DNA of 64,000 bases from Patescibacteria group bacterium (lineage in GTDB: Bacteria > Patescibacteriota > Patescibacteriia > Patescibacteriales > UBA12465), in NCBI GenBank assembly GCA_041651095.1, contig JBAZJV010000005.1:1160-65159 (forward strand), read 5' to 3'. The notes below the pieces were generated by a model. That model did no database searches. It saw only the letters and a list, made by a program, of their open reading frames with translations, and had not been told where the DNA came from. Below are positions 17,629 through 26,876 of this stretch, piece after piece. A program made the translations under genes and the position numbers. The number at the start of each line of letters is the position of its first letter. Position 1 is the stretch's first letter.

Positions 17629-18660
17629 TTAATTAATAACGTTTCCTTTATAAATATAGCGCTCCGAACGGTCCAGGACCTTGCGCAGGGTGCGTATGGC
17701 CTGGAGCGGATAATCACCAACCGCGGTTTCGTCCGAGAGCATGACCATATCCGCGCCGTCAAAGACGGCGTTGGCGATATCGGAAACTTCCGCCCGGGTC
17801 GGATGCGGATTTAAGATCATAGAGGTCATGACCTGGGTGGCGATGATGGCCGGCCGATCGTGCCAGTGCGCGTGCCGAACCAGGTTCTTCTGGATAATCG
17901 GCAGATCTTCGACCGGCACCTCGATGCCGAGATCGCCGCGGGCGACCATGATCACGTCCGAAGCGGCAATGATCTTATCGATATTCTTCAGGGCAATGGC
18001 CCGTTCGATTTTGGAAATAATCTTGACCTTGCTCTTCGGTCCCAATAAGCGGCGCAGACGGAGGATGTCGCCGTCATCCTGAACGAAGGACAGGGCGATA
18101 TAATCCATGCCGACTTTCTGCCCGAAGCGGACGTCCTGGATGTCTTTCGCGGTCAGGCCGCCTTTCTTGATCTTGGTATCCGGCACGTTGATGCCTTTAT
18201 TGGAGCTGAGCAGTCCTCCGGTCATCACCTTGGCGCTGATCACGGACCCCTTCACTTCCTTGACCAACAGCTCGATCTCGCCGTTGCACAGGAACAGCGG
18301 GTCGCCCGGTTTGATGTCCCGGCATAGGTCGGAATTATTGATCGGAATGATGCTGCCCGGCTGATAAGCGGAGCGGGAGTAAGCGAAACGATAAATCTGC
18401 CGGTGCTTGAGGAGCAAACCGTCTGGCGGCATGATGCCGACCCGGATGCGCGGTCCCTGTAAATCCAACATCAAAGCGACTCGCCGGTCGCGGTTGCGGC
18501 GGTTAAAAGCGTCAATGGTTTTTTTGATGATTCGATACTGATTATAATTGGCGTGGGAAAAATTGACCCGGACGATATCGACACCGGCTGATAGCAGGCC
18601 AGAGGTCTTGGCCGGCGATTCGGTTTTCGGTCCGATCGTAGCGATAATTTTTGTATTCAT
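17629..18660 (-). CDS. pyk: pyruvate kinase, short form lacking the C-terminal (allosteric) domain
   Basis: 343 aa. KIIATIGP, RVNFSH, DLQGPRIRVG, MVARGDLGIEVP, PTRAEVSDIANAVFDGADMVMLSDETAVG. The protein ends just after the A domain, and its stop is 3 nt from the eno start. Confidence 0.9.
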   Translation of the reverse strand: MNTKIIATIGPKTESPAKTSGLLSAGVDIVRVNFSHANYNQYRIIKKTIDAFNRRNRDRRVALMLDLQGPRIRVGIMPPDGLLLKHRQIYRFAYSRSAYQPGSIIPINNSDLCRDIKPGDPLFLCNGEIELLVKEVKGSVISAKVMTGGLLSSNKGINVPDTKIKKGGLTAKDIQDVRFGQKVGMDYIALSFVQDDGDILRLRRLLGPKSKVKIISKIERAIALKNIDKIIAASDVIMVARGDLGIEVPVEDLPIIQKNLVRHAHWHDRPAIIATQVMTSMILNPHPTRAEVSDIANAVFDGADMVMLSDETAVGDYPLQAIRTLRKVLDRSERYIYKGNVIN

Positions 18661-18725
18661 AGCGGAAATATAAATAAAGACATGGGTTCATGCCTTTTGC
18701 TAAAAAGCCTCAGAAGGCCGGTTAT

Positions 18726-18754
18726 ATTATAACAAAGAAAATCGGTCTTGCCAA
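18726..18754 (-). promoter_or_regulatory. promoter of pyk-eno (TTGGCA-17-TGtTATAAT)
   Basis: Minus strand: -35 TTGGCA at 18754-18749, 17-nt spacer, -10 TATAAT at 18731-18726 preceded by TGT (extended -10). Confidence 0.65.
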
Positions 18755-18795
18755 CCGACGATGATTCTTTTCGTCTAAGACGGAAACCGGCAACA

Positions 18796-18824
18796 TTGAT
18801 TTTCAATCTGTTAAAAACTATAAT
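18796..18824 (+). promoter_or_regulatory. divergent promoter TTGATT-17-TATAAT
   Basis: -35 TTGATT at 18796-18801, 17-nt spacer, -10 TATAAT at 18819-18824. The ATG at 18840 follows with only a very short, SD-less leader. Confidence 0.6.
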
Positions 18825-18839
18825 AAATATAGTGAAAAT

Positions 18840-19664
18840 ATGCATAACAATCAATTTAAACTATGCGCGAAGGGATCGCGCCGGATCGGGGCGAAATTTG
18901 TCGCTGAGACCGAATACTTGGCCGGCTTGGTTAACTGCCTAGAAATCGACTGCAACTATCCGCACGATCGGAATTTCCAGCGCGAACTCTCCTACTTGAC
19001 CCGTTTACATCGCAACCGGCATATTAACTTTACCGTCCATGCCCAGTATGTAAGCGGCGGACTGAACGACCTTAACCCGCGCATCCGACAGGAAACCCTG
19101 CGACAAGCCTTTTATGCTATTGATTGCGCCGCTAAGATAGGCTCTGAAGTGGTTACTATGCATCCGGCTTTAGAGCCATACGGCTGGAAACTGTCGGAAT
19201 TACCAACTTTGGAACTAACGTCTTATCGCCGAATCGCCAAATATGCGGCTCGAAAAAAAATCAAAATCGGTTTGGAGAACGAAGCACAGACCTGTTTCTG
19301 GTTTCCGGATCGCGCTTGCCGTATTCAATTGCTTGTTAAAACAATCGAGGCGGTTAGCTCTCCGAATTTCGGGCTCACGTTGGATATCGGCCACGCCAAT
19401 ATAAGCAGCGAAGATTACTTATCGACAATTAAAAAATATCGTAACCATATTTTTCATATCCATATCCACGATAACTGGGGCGGACCAGCGAATAATCTGA
19501 AGTATAACCACCGGCCTGATCCGCACCTAGCTCCGGGCCACGGAAAAATCAATTGGCGCCAAGTCAAAAAAGCCATTAGACAAATAGACTATCGTGGCTA
19601 TGTAGAATTAGAATGTGAAATTAAAGATATAGCGGCTGCTATTAAATATTTTCAAAAATTATAA
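18840..19664 (+). CDS. sugar phosphate isomerase/epimerase (xylose-isomerase-like TIM barrel)
   Basis: 274 aa. VTMHP, GLENE and HIHIHDNWGG blocks typical of the AP-endonuclease-2/TIM-barrel family. Confidence 0.75.
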   Translation: MHNNQFKLCAKGSRRIGAKFVAETEYLAGLVNCLEIDCNYPHDRNFQRELSYLTRLHRNRHINFTVHAQYVSGGLNDLNPRIRQETLRQAFYAIDCAAKIGSEVVTMHPALEPYGWKLSELPTLELTSYRRIAKYAARKKIKIGLENEAQTCFWFPDRACRIQLLVKTIEAVSSPNFGLTLDIGHANISSEDYLSTIKKYRNHIFHIHIHDNWGGPANNLKYNHRPDPHLAPGHGKINWRQVKKAIRQIDYRGYVELECEIKDIAAAIKYFQKL

Positions 19665-19772
19665 TTGACATATCTACCAAATTATTATAGAGTAAAATGA
19701 TTAAATGGCATTCAAGAAATACCATATAAATCATAATAATCGTTCATTTATCAACTAAAACGGAGGTTTCAA

Positions 19773-20279
19773 ATGAAAAAGATTCAAATAGTAACTATTG
19801 GCTCCTGCCAGGATCCGGCGTCATTGACGCCATCGGAAATGGGCAAGTTGAACAATATTCTCAACAGTCAAAAACTGTGGCCATTACCGAAAATAGTAGT
19901 CGGCGGCAACGGAGAACGTTTCGAACAGGCGGCGCGCCAGTGGCTTAATCGCCCGATAACGCTGGTTAATGATATCTGCGCGCTGTGGCTGGACACTATC
20001 CATGTCGAGATAAAACCGACCAGAAAGCTCAAAGAATATGAATTAGACTCTTTAGGTCTGCCCATGGCTTTATGCGACTTTATTGATACGCTGCCTGATC
20101 ATAGCCTGATTATATTGGAACATCCAGCTATATTGCTTAATGATTCAACTATAGTCACTTCTGACGGGTTGCTGATTGAACTGGAAATCCCTGACTACAT
20201 GTACGGCGCGCGTACCGATGAAGAAAAAGGATCCTATACTATATTGGTTGCCAATCAGACCGCTGCCAAAGTAGCTTAA
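19773..20279 (+). CDS. hypothetical protein, degenerate SixA/histidine-phosphatase-like fold (paralogue 1)
   Basis: 168 aa, SD GGAGG. KIQIVTIGSC...LTPSEMGKL...VVGGNGERFEQAARQW...LIILEHPAIL aligns by eye to the RHG...LTxxG...SPxxRAxQT...SH layout, but the RHG residues are replaced. Confidence 0.4.
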   Translation: MKKIQIVTIGSCQDPASLTPSEMGKLNNILNSQKLWPLPKIVVGGNGERFEQAARQWLNRPITLVNDICALWLDTIHVEIKPTRKLKEYELDSLGLPMALCDFIDTLPDHSLIILEHPAILLNDSTIVTSDGLLIELEIPDYMYGARTDEEKGSYTILVANQTAAKVA

Positions 20280-20353
20280 ATTCCCATACGAAATCCGGAC
20301 TCTACGGCTCAAATCCGCCGCCTGACCGGCAACGACTGTCCACCTCTTTTTTG

Positions 20354-20384
20354 ATCCGCGTCATTCCAAAACGCGGATTTTTTA
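20354..20384 (+). terminator. intrinsic terminator
   Basis: ATCCGCG-(11 nt)-CGCGGAT followed by T7. Confidence 0.7.
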
Positions 20385-20415
20385 TTGACAAATATCCGGC
20401 AATATGAATTAATAT
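20385..20415 (+). promoter_or_regulatory. candidate promoter (TTGACA ... TAATAT)
   Basis: TTGACA at 20385-20390, directly after the terminator. AT-rich -10 candidates lie at 20408-20415; spacing is ambiguous (17-19 nt). Confidence 0.4.
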
Positions 20416-20475
20416 AAGCAAATATTCAAGATTAATCTAATCAGTTCATTCCTAACTATCTACGGAGTAAAAATA

Positions 20476-20979
20476 ATGAAGACTAAAATCATCTTCCTGG
20501 TAACTGTCGGCGACGTCATGAACGGCACCATCAACCCCCGCTTGAGCAGCAAAGGCAAAGAACAAATCCAACGCTTAGCGGCAGCCAAATTATTACCGGA
20601 TGAACCTTATCTGGTTATCCGCGGCACGGGACAGGGGCACAAGGACACGGCAGAGATACTGGGTTGGGAGAATATCGATCACCCCGGTGTAAAAAACAGC
20701 CAAAGGATCTGCCTCAGCCAGTGTTGCGGCCAGGCCGATGTCAAAGTCGGAGAAAAGATCCTGACCGGCAGCGGCGATTATAGCTTGAAAAATTTCCTGA
20801 TCCACGATACCCGGCAATTCTTAATGAAACAGGAAGGCCAGACCGTCATGATCGTCGATCAGATTTTTATGATGGGACTGGGAATTACGGGAGCTAAAAA
20901 AGCCTCTATCTATAAGGCTGTTTGCGAAGCCGAATCCAATACCGGCTACAACTGCGAGTTGATCTACTCCGCCAATTGA
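20476..20979 (+). CDS. hypothetical protein, degenerate SixA/histidine-phosphatase-like fold (paralogue 2)
   Basis: 167 aa. IIFLVTVGDV...RLSSKGKEQIQRLAAAKL...VIRGTGQGHKDTAEIL...VMIVDQIFMMGL has the same layout as SixA-size phosphatases, but with Arg/His catalytic positions substituted. Confidence 0.4.
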   Translation: MKTKIIFLVTVGDVMNGTINPRLSSKGKEQIQRLAAAKLLPDEPYLVIRGTGQGHKDTAEILGWENIDHPGVKNSQRICLSQCCGQADVKVGEKILTGSGDYSLKNFLIHDTRQFLMKQEGQTVMIVDQIFMMGLGITGAKKASIYKAVCEAESNTGYNCELIYSAN

Positions 20980-21026
20980 TTTCGGATCGGACATGTCCGC
21001 CTTGGTCGGATGACCGAGATCCGGCC

Positions 21027-21062
21027 AAAAGCTGCACTGTAATATCAGGTGCGGCTTTTTTA
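21027..21062. terminator. bidirectional intrinsic terminator
   Basis: AGCTGCAC-(11 nt)-GTGCGGCT (one G-U pair), flanked by A4 and T7, between convergent genes. Confidence 0.7.
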
Positions 21063-21095
21063 TTCTATCAACGACCGCGCAGGAGCAGTCATATA

Positions 21096-22229
21096 TTATT
21101 TTTTAAGCCAATCTATCAGATTTTGATAGAATTCCAAATTATTCAGGCTAGCCAGCCGGGCGCCCAGCGGCTCGTTCAGGCGGAACAGGTGATGCAGATA
21201 AGACTTGGCATGACGGCGCAGCGCCGGCAAGGCGCTGGCGGGACTAATCGGCGTTAAATCCCGGGCAAATCTGGCATTATTGATATTTATGGTTTGATAA
21301 GACGGTTTGGTGCGTCTCGCTATTTTACTTGCTGCGGCGGTTCTCCGACTGCCGGCCAGGAACAATTTGCCGTGCCGACCTTCGCGGGTCGGTATAACGC
21401 AATCGAACATGTCCCAGCCCATCCGGGCGCAACGGATAATATCTTCCGGCGTACCGATGCCCAAAGCGAAACGTAAGGCATCGGCCGGAATAAAAGCAGC
21501 GGTCCGGCGCAATACCTCGCCCAGGAATTTCCCTTCCTGGTCTACCGGCCGGGCGCCGAAACCATAACCGTCAAAACCGATTTTTACCAGTTCCTTGGTG
21601 CAATGTTCGCGCAGGTCGATTTCCGCGCCGCCCTGGATGACCGCAAAGAGCAGCGGCCGGCGACGGCCGCTTAAACCGTGTTTTTTTATCTGACGCTCAT
21701 ATTCTCTCTTGCATCTCTTGGCCCAGGCGATCGTCCGCTCAACCGCCCGTTCCAGATCCGGCCGGGAAAATTCGTTAGGCGGGCAATCATCCAGACAGAC
21801 CATCATATCCACGCCCAAGTCGAATTGGATCTGGATGGATTTTTCCGGCGTAAGTACATGGCGCGAACCGTCGAGCGGCGACCGGAAGACGACTTCCCGG
21901 TCGCTGATCCGGCCCATTTTCCGGTTCTTGTGGATCAGGGAAAAAACCTGGAAGCCGCCGGAATCCGACAGGAGCGGCCCGGACCAGTCCATGAACTCAT
22001 GGAGGCCGCCGGCCCGCTTGATAGCGGCGAGTCCCGGCTGGAGATAAAGATGAAAAGTATTAACGACCAAAGCCGCCGTCCTGGTCTGCCGAACGGCTTC
22101 ATTGTCTGTCAATTTGACAAAACCGCGGGTCGCGTCCGGCATATAGAACGGCGTCTTAATGACGCCGTGTCCGGTCCGCAGGGTGCCGAGCCGCAGTCCA
22201 GGCTTAGTTATCCGGTCAACTTTGAACAT
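21096..22229 (-). CDS. tgt: tRNA-guanine transglycosylase homologue (zinc-site-less variant)
   Basis: 377 aa. TPFYMPDATRGFVK, LSDSGGFQV and GWDMFDCVIPTR (nucleophile Asp context). There is no Cys after FDCV, so the CxCxxC...H zinc motif is absent. Confidence 0.85.
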   Translation of the reverse strand: MFKVDRITKPGLRLGTLRTGHGVIKTPFYMPDATRGFVKLTDNEAVRQTRTAALVVNTFHLYLQPGLAAIKRAGGLHEFMDWSGPLLSDSGGFQVFSLIHKNRKMGRISDREVVFRSPLDGSRHVLTPEKSIQIQFDLGVDMMVCLDDCPPNEFSRPDLERAVERTIAWAKRCKREYERQIKKHGLSGRRRPLLFAVIQGGAEIDLREHCTKELVKIGFDGYGFGARPVDQEGKFLGEVLRRTAAFIPADALRFALGIGTPEDIIRCARMGWDMFDCVIPTREGRHGKLFLAGSRRTAAASKIARRTKPSYQTININNARFARDLTPISPASALPALRRHAKSYLHHLFRLNEPLGARLASLNNLEFYQNLIDWLKK

Positions 22230-22240
22230 AAGCGGAAAAA

Positions 22241-24298
22241 TTACTGCACGATACCGGAATTGTTCAAACCGGCGATATCATCATCTTCCAGTTTGGTCGT
22301 CTTGGCTCCCGTCTTCTTGGTAATGGTATCCTTGGTTTCGGTATCCATGGCGCTCACCGTGGAGCCCGGCGACAGGACCAGGATCTTATTGCGATCGGAC
22401 GCAGCCGGCGTCACGCTGAGGCTGAACTCGGCATCGGACCGGTAGACGGAAAGCGGCAGGCGGCCGATTTCCCAGATGACCTGATGGCTGGCCGAGTCGA
22501 AATACAAGCTGCCGACATTGGTCACGTTGCCGCCCTCCCAATTGACATAGGCGGGCAAAGGCATGACGACGCGGGCGTCGGTGAGTTCGTGCAAATTATT
22601 CTTGACGGTCCAATAGACCTTGAAGCTGGTTTTCTGGCCGACCTGAGGCGGCAAAGGCCCGGAACCGACCGGCAAATTATCATCGTTGAAGTAACGGATC
22701 TGTTCGGCCAGGCTGAGATCGCTGTTGATGCGGCTGGTGATGGTATTGCTCTTGTTTTCGTCGCTCTTGGTCGTCTTATTGTTGATATTATACTGGCCGT
22801 AAGCGACGACCGTCATCTTCTGACCAAGGTCGCCGGGCTGGAAGGCCCGTAATTTGATACTGAAGCCTATTTCTCCTTCGGCGCCCGGCTTGATCTCGGC
22901 CAGCGCCGGAATCTGATCCTTGGTCCAGATGATGGTCTGGTTCTGAAGCGTGCCATGCTCGGCGTCCTGCAGAGAATTCCAGTCTAAGAAATCGCCGCTT
23001 AAAGCCGCCATGATCACGACGTCTTTATAGGAATTTGCGCCGTGGTTGGCATAATTCAAGGTATAATGCAAAGTCTGTCCGAAAGAGACGGCATTATCCG
23101 TCTTCCCGCCGTTTAAGGACATAGCCAGGTTCAGATCGCTGGTCACGAGTTCCGGAACGAACGACTGCTCCCAAAAAGTATAGCTCTGCCCGTCGGCAAT
23201 CTTTTTCTCCAACCGGACCTTGATTTCCGGATTGGCGGATTTCTGTTTGATCACGTAGGAGAGCGGCACGGTCTGGCGTCCGGCCGCCGGGGTCAAGCCG
23301 AGAACCTGCCAGCTCGCGCCGCCGCTTTTGACAACCGTGAAAACAGTGGAACTGCCGGTCTGGGGCGGCGTCGCCGGCGTCGAGGAAGCGGCCGGAGTGG
23401 AAGAGGCCGCGGCAGTGGAAGCCGTATCTACGGAGGCGTTCGCTTCCGCCGGCAGGGTAAAAGCGATATGGAAATCGCCGAGATTATTGGCCTGGACATC
23501 GGAAAAGATAAGCGACATCTCATTATTCTGGCCTAGGAAAGCCGTCCGGGAATAATTCAGGTCCACCCGGAAGCCTAATCCGCTGATGATGGTGGAAGCC
23601 GAGGCCTCCTTCTTGAATTGGCTGCTTAAAGTGCCGGGCGTGTAGTTCAGCCGGGCGAAGATGACGTTGGCTGAATCCGGCGTCGCGATCAACCGGCCGG
23701 TAATGGCCAAGTTAGCCGTCTCTCCCGGGGCGAGGTCGGCCAGGTCCCAGCCGTAATTGCCGCTGGTCGGCGGCTGGGAGGCGGCGGCAAAGACGAAATT
23801 ATCCGGGTACTGCAATTCCAAATGCACGCGGGACAAGCTGTATTTGGTCGGGTTGTGATAGCTGACCTGGTAAGAAAATTCTTCGCCGGCCGTTATTTTA
23901 TCCGGCGCGGTCACGGTCAGATCCAGGTTGCTGATGTCGCCGGTATTGACGAACCAGTAATTATAAGCGAAATAGGCGGCGCCGGCCAGAAGCGCCAGAA
24001 TTATCAGGCGGCCAAACAGGCGCAGGATGAAGGGCGTCCGTTTCTTAGCTTTCAATTGCCGGACATCGACGCGCTCGCCGTTCTGATCGCTGTAAATCTC
24101 GGATAATTTGGAATCTATTTCCTGCTCGCGCGCTTCCCGTTTGACGATGCGCTCGAAACTGGCAACTTCCCGATCGGTCGGCACCGGCCGCTCCACGAAA
24201 GAAGACAGGCTGGAATCCAGAGATCGTCCGACCCGCAGCACTCTCTTTATTTTTTTAATTTCTGGCATATTAGTATTTTTATTACTGGTTACTGGCAA
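22241..24298 (-). CDS. large membrane-anchored surface protein (repeated beta-sandwich-like segments, Ser/Thr/Ala/Pro-rich linker)
   Basis: 685 aa. One TM helix (FILRLFGRLIILALLAGAAYFAY) after a charged N-terminus. Low-complexity ASTAAASSTPAASSTPATPP. No enzyme motif recognised. Confidence 0.6.
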   Translation of the reverse strand: MPVTSNKNTNMPEIKKIKRVLRVGRSLDSSLSSFVERPVPTDREVASFERIVKREAREQEIDSKLSEIYSDQNGERVDVRQLKAKKRTPFILRLFGRLIILALLAGAAYFAYNYWFVNTGDISNLDLTVTAPDKITAGEEFSYQVSYHNPTKYSLSRVHLELQYPDNFVFAAASQPPTSGNYGWDLADLAPGETANLAITGRLIATPDSANVIFARLNYTPGTLSSQFKKEASASTIISGLGFRVDLNYSRTAFLGQNNEMSLIFSDVQANNLGDFHIAFTLPAEANASVDTASTAAASSTPAASSTPATPPQTGSSTVFTVVKSGGASWQVLGLTPAAGRQTVPLSYVIKQKSANPEIKVRLEKKIADGQSYTFWEQSFVPELVTSDLNLAMSLNGGKTDNAVSFGQTLHYTLNYANHGANSYKDVVIMAALSGDFLDWNSLQDAEHGTLQNQTIIWTKDQIPALAEIKPGAEGEIGFSIKLRAFQPGDLGQKMTVVAYGQYNINNKTTKSDENKSNTITSRINSDLSLAEQIRYFNDDNLPVGSGPLPPQVGQKTSFKVYWTVKNNLHELTDARVVMPLPAYVNWEGGNVTNVGSLYFDSASHQVIWEIGRLPLSVYRSDAEFSLSVTPAASDRNKILVLSPGSTVSAMDTETKDTITKKTGAKTTKLEDDDIAGLNNSGIVQ

Positions 24299-24324
24299 AA
24301 TAATTAAACGGAGACAATCAACAA

Positions 24325-26853
24325 TTACTGCCGGCTCTCTTGGACCAGGACCGACCAGTATTTATCCGCGTTCAGTCGGTCCGCGATCTCCCAACCCCGA
24401 CTGCCGCCCAGATTTTCCGGATGGCGCCAGAAGGTCTCCAGGCCGGCCGGCAGGAGCAAACGGCTGCTAAAGGCGCTGGCCCGGTCGCCCGGCTGTTTCT
24501 GGACTAATAAGGAATAGGGCCATAACTCCGCCGCTTCCGGATTAAGCCAGGCATTCAAGCGCTCCAGCCAGTTGTCGTTCTTGGGCCGGCTGAAAAAATT
24601 GAAAGGCAGGCGGTATTTCAGGGTGACGGTCGCGGATTGCCCCGGATCGACCATGACCCAGTTGGCAAAAACCGTCTTATTGTTTTCCGGATAAATCTTG
24701 GTGCCCGACGCCGGATCGACGACGGCGGCATTCTCGGCGGCGAGCAAGGGATTGCTTTCCATCGTGCTGTCCGGCCGTTCGGTCAGATATTGCGGATCGG
24801 GCGCTTGGAATCCGGTCGCTGATAATAATACGCTGCCGTTAGGCACATATACCCGCAGCCAGTCGACGTTGCGGACGCCGGTCAGGATTTCCCGTTTGAC
24901 GCCCTGATGGGTCCGCGTGATGCTGACCGTGTTGATAATCGTGCCATCGGGAGCGACCTCGCTGGTCTGGTCGATTTGCTGGCTAATCAGACGGTCGGAT
25001 TTCTGGCCGGCGATATTGGTATTAACCACCAAAAGGTAATCCTTATCCGTATCCTTGACCTGGCCGGCCCAATTATAATCGGCGACGGCGGCTTCCAGGG
25101 CCGGATCGGTGAAATACAGCAGGATCTGTTTCTCCGACATGTTTTCCTCAAAAATCTTGATGATTTGCAAAAGATTGTCCTGGTTCAATTTCTCCGGCAG
25201 GATAGCCAGGATCTTGGCCAGCAGATCGCCGATGATCTTCTTCGGCTTGTTGGGCGCCGGCTGCGGCAGATGCGCCACCGCCTCCGGATTGGTCTTAGCC
25301 AGGTTCTGTTGTTCGCTGACGACCTGCACGGTCTGCCAGAAATTTTCCGCCGTAACGGTCAGGCCGTATTCCTGGGTCAAGTCTATCGGTCCGGTGATTT
25401 CCAATAACCTTTCCACGACCGTCGGCGTCACGCTGATGACGCCGTCGACGCTCGGACCGTCGCTATGCTCATAGAACCACATCAAATTCTTGGCCGTGGT
25501 CGGCCAATCCGGCCACCAATTGGCGTCCCAGAAATGCCAGAGCGGATTGACCAGCCAGAGCGGCTGCGGGGCGGCCACGCGCACGTTCAAGCCGGCCTCC
25601 GTATCATAGGAACCGCCGCCCGGCACTTCCAGGTTGCTGATCTGGCCGTCGCGCAGATCGACCAAGGCGTAGCTTCCCAAGAAACCGCCGCTCGCCCGCA
25701 TTTCCGCGTTATTTTGAAAAACGACTAAATATCTCTTATCCCGGCTGACGCCCAGAACTTCCTTTAATTTGTCGCCGAGCCCGATGAAATTAACCAGATT
25801 GTCGGCGAGAAGCGCGGCCTGATTATTCAAAGCCATGAATTTGGCCCGATAAGCCGGCGGCAGGTTGTCCGGATTTATCCGCGCGACCGTCGCTTTCAGC
25901 TCACCGGCATCGGCGGCGGCCTGGTGGCCATAGTCCAAGAACCGGTCCAGAGTGAGAGAAAAATCCTGGCCGGCACCGTTAAACAGGCTGTCGGTAGCTA
26001 AGACCAGGTGGCGGCCGAGCGAGGCGGCGATCACGCCAGCCGTCAGGAATTTCTTGCTCTCCGCCGCCAACTTGACCTGCGGGTCATTGGAAAAAGCGGC
26101 GAGAGCCAAAATCGCGTCGTTGATCTTATTCAATTCGTCTGAGGCCGACAGGAAATTCGCGCCGGCGCTCTGGAATTGAGAGCCTGCTCCTTGAAAATCC
26201 TGCCGGGTAACGGCGTCGGCCGCCGCCATCAGATCGTTAATAGCTGATTCCGAGCGGCTCATGATCTTATGCTTCCAGGCGGAAAAATCAAAAAAAGAAA
26301 AACCATGCCAGAGCTTTAACGGCAGGATGATGACTAAGAGGACCAATATGAATGGAAACAAGGAGCGATACCAGCTGACCCGGCTTTCCGCCCGCTCCAG
26401 CCGCTCGGCTTTTTCCGACCGGGCGCTAATCGCCGCCCGGGCCAGACGCGGCGCGGCGCTCAGAATCTTTTCTTGCTGCCGGATGAAACGGCGCCAAACT
26501 TGGCTGGCGGTCTTGGGTGCGATCTGAGACCGGCGAATAAACCTAAACCGGCGACGGCCGCTAAACAACGATTTCAGCCAATCCGGCCAGACCAAATTAA
26601 TCTTTTTTCCGGGACGCTTGACCGCTGCCGGCCGAGCCACGGCCAATAAATCCGGCTTGACCGCCCCCAAACGGCCGCGCCAGAATCGCCAAGCCTCAGC
26701 CAGCCGGACGCGGATCAGCCACGGGAAACGTTCTTTAGCCGGCCGGCGTCCGGCGGCCGCCGGCTCTTCCCGGCGACGCAAATCAACGACGAAATTAGAG
26801 AACCTCTCCCGTTCTAAATTATAAATCTCGGATTGTGGTCTGGACTGGGCCAT
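24325..26853 (-). CDS. DUF4012-like membrane protein
   Basis: MRASGGFLGSYALVDLRDG block, typical of DUF4012. N-terminal TM. Start placed at ATG 26853 (MAQSRPQSE...) because the track start at 26937 overlaps the GT4 gene by 61 nt. Confidence 0.7.
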   Translation of the reverse strand: MAQSRPQSEIYNLERERFSNFVVDLRRREEPAAAGRRPAKERFPWLIRVRLAEAWRFWRGRLGAVKPDLLAVARPAAVKRPGKKINLVWPDWLKSLFSGRRRFRFIRRSQIAPKTASQVWRRFIRQQEKILSAAPRLARAAISARSEKAERLERAESRVSWYRSLFPFILVLLVIILPLKLWHGFSFFDFSAWKHKIMSRSESAINDLMAAADAVTRQDFQGAGSQFQSAGANFLSASDELNKINDAILALAAFSNDPQVKLAAESKKFLTAGVIAASLGRHLVLATDSLFNGAGQDFSLTLDRFLDYGHQAAADAGELKATVARINPDNLPPAYRAKFMALNNQAALLADNLVNFIGLGDKLKEVLGVSRDKRYLVVFQNNAEMRASGGFLGSYALVDLRDGQISNLEVPGGGSYDTEAGLNVRVAAPQPLWLVNPLWHFWDANWWPDWPTTAKNLMWFYEHSDGPSVDGVISVTPTVVERLLEITGPIDLTQEYGLTVTAENFWQTVQVVSEQQNLAKTNPEAVAHLPQPAPNKPKKIIGDLLAKILAILPEKLNQDNLLQIIKIFEENMSEKQILLYFTDPALEAAVADYNWAGQVKDTDKDYLLVVNTNIAGQKSDRLISQQIDQTSEVAPDGTIINTVSITRTHQGVKREILTGVRNVDWLRVYVPNGSVLLSATGFQAPDPQYLTERPDSTMESNPLLAAENAAVVDPASGTKIYPENNKTVFANWVMVDPGQSATVTLKYRLPFNFFSRPKNDNWLERLNAWLNPEAAELWPYSLLVQKQPGDRASAFSSRLLLPAGLETFWRHPENLGGSRGWEIADRLNADKYWSVLVQESRQ

Positions 26854-26876
26854 GTGGGGGTAAATTAAAAATTCGG

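Noticed and set aside
20980-21026. 12-bp palindrome CGGACATGTCCG just after the stop of the 167-aa gene, as a possible regulatory site.
   Set aside because: It is a single occurrence directly upstream of a good intrinsic terminator. It is most simply part of 3'-end secondary structure.
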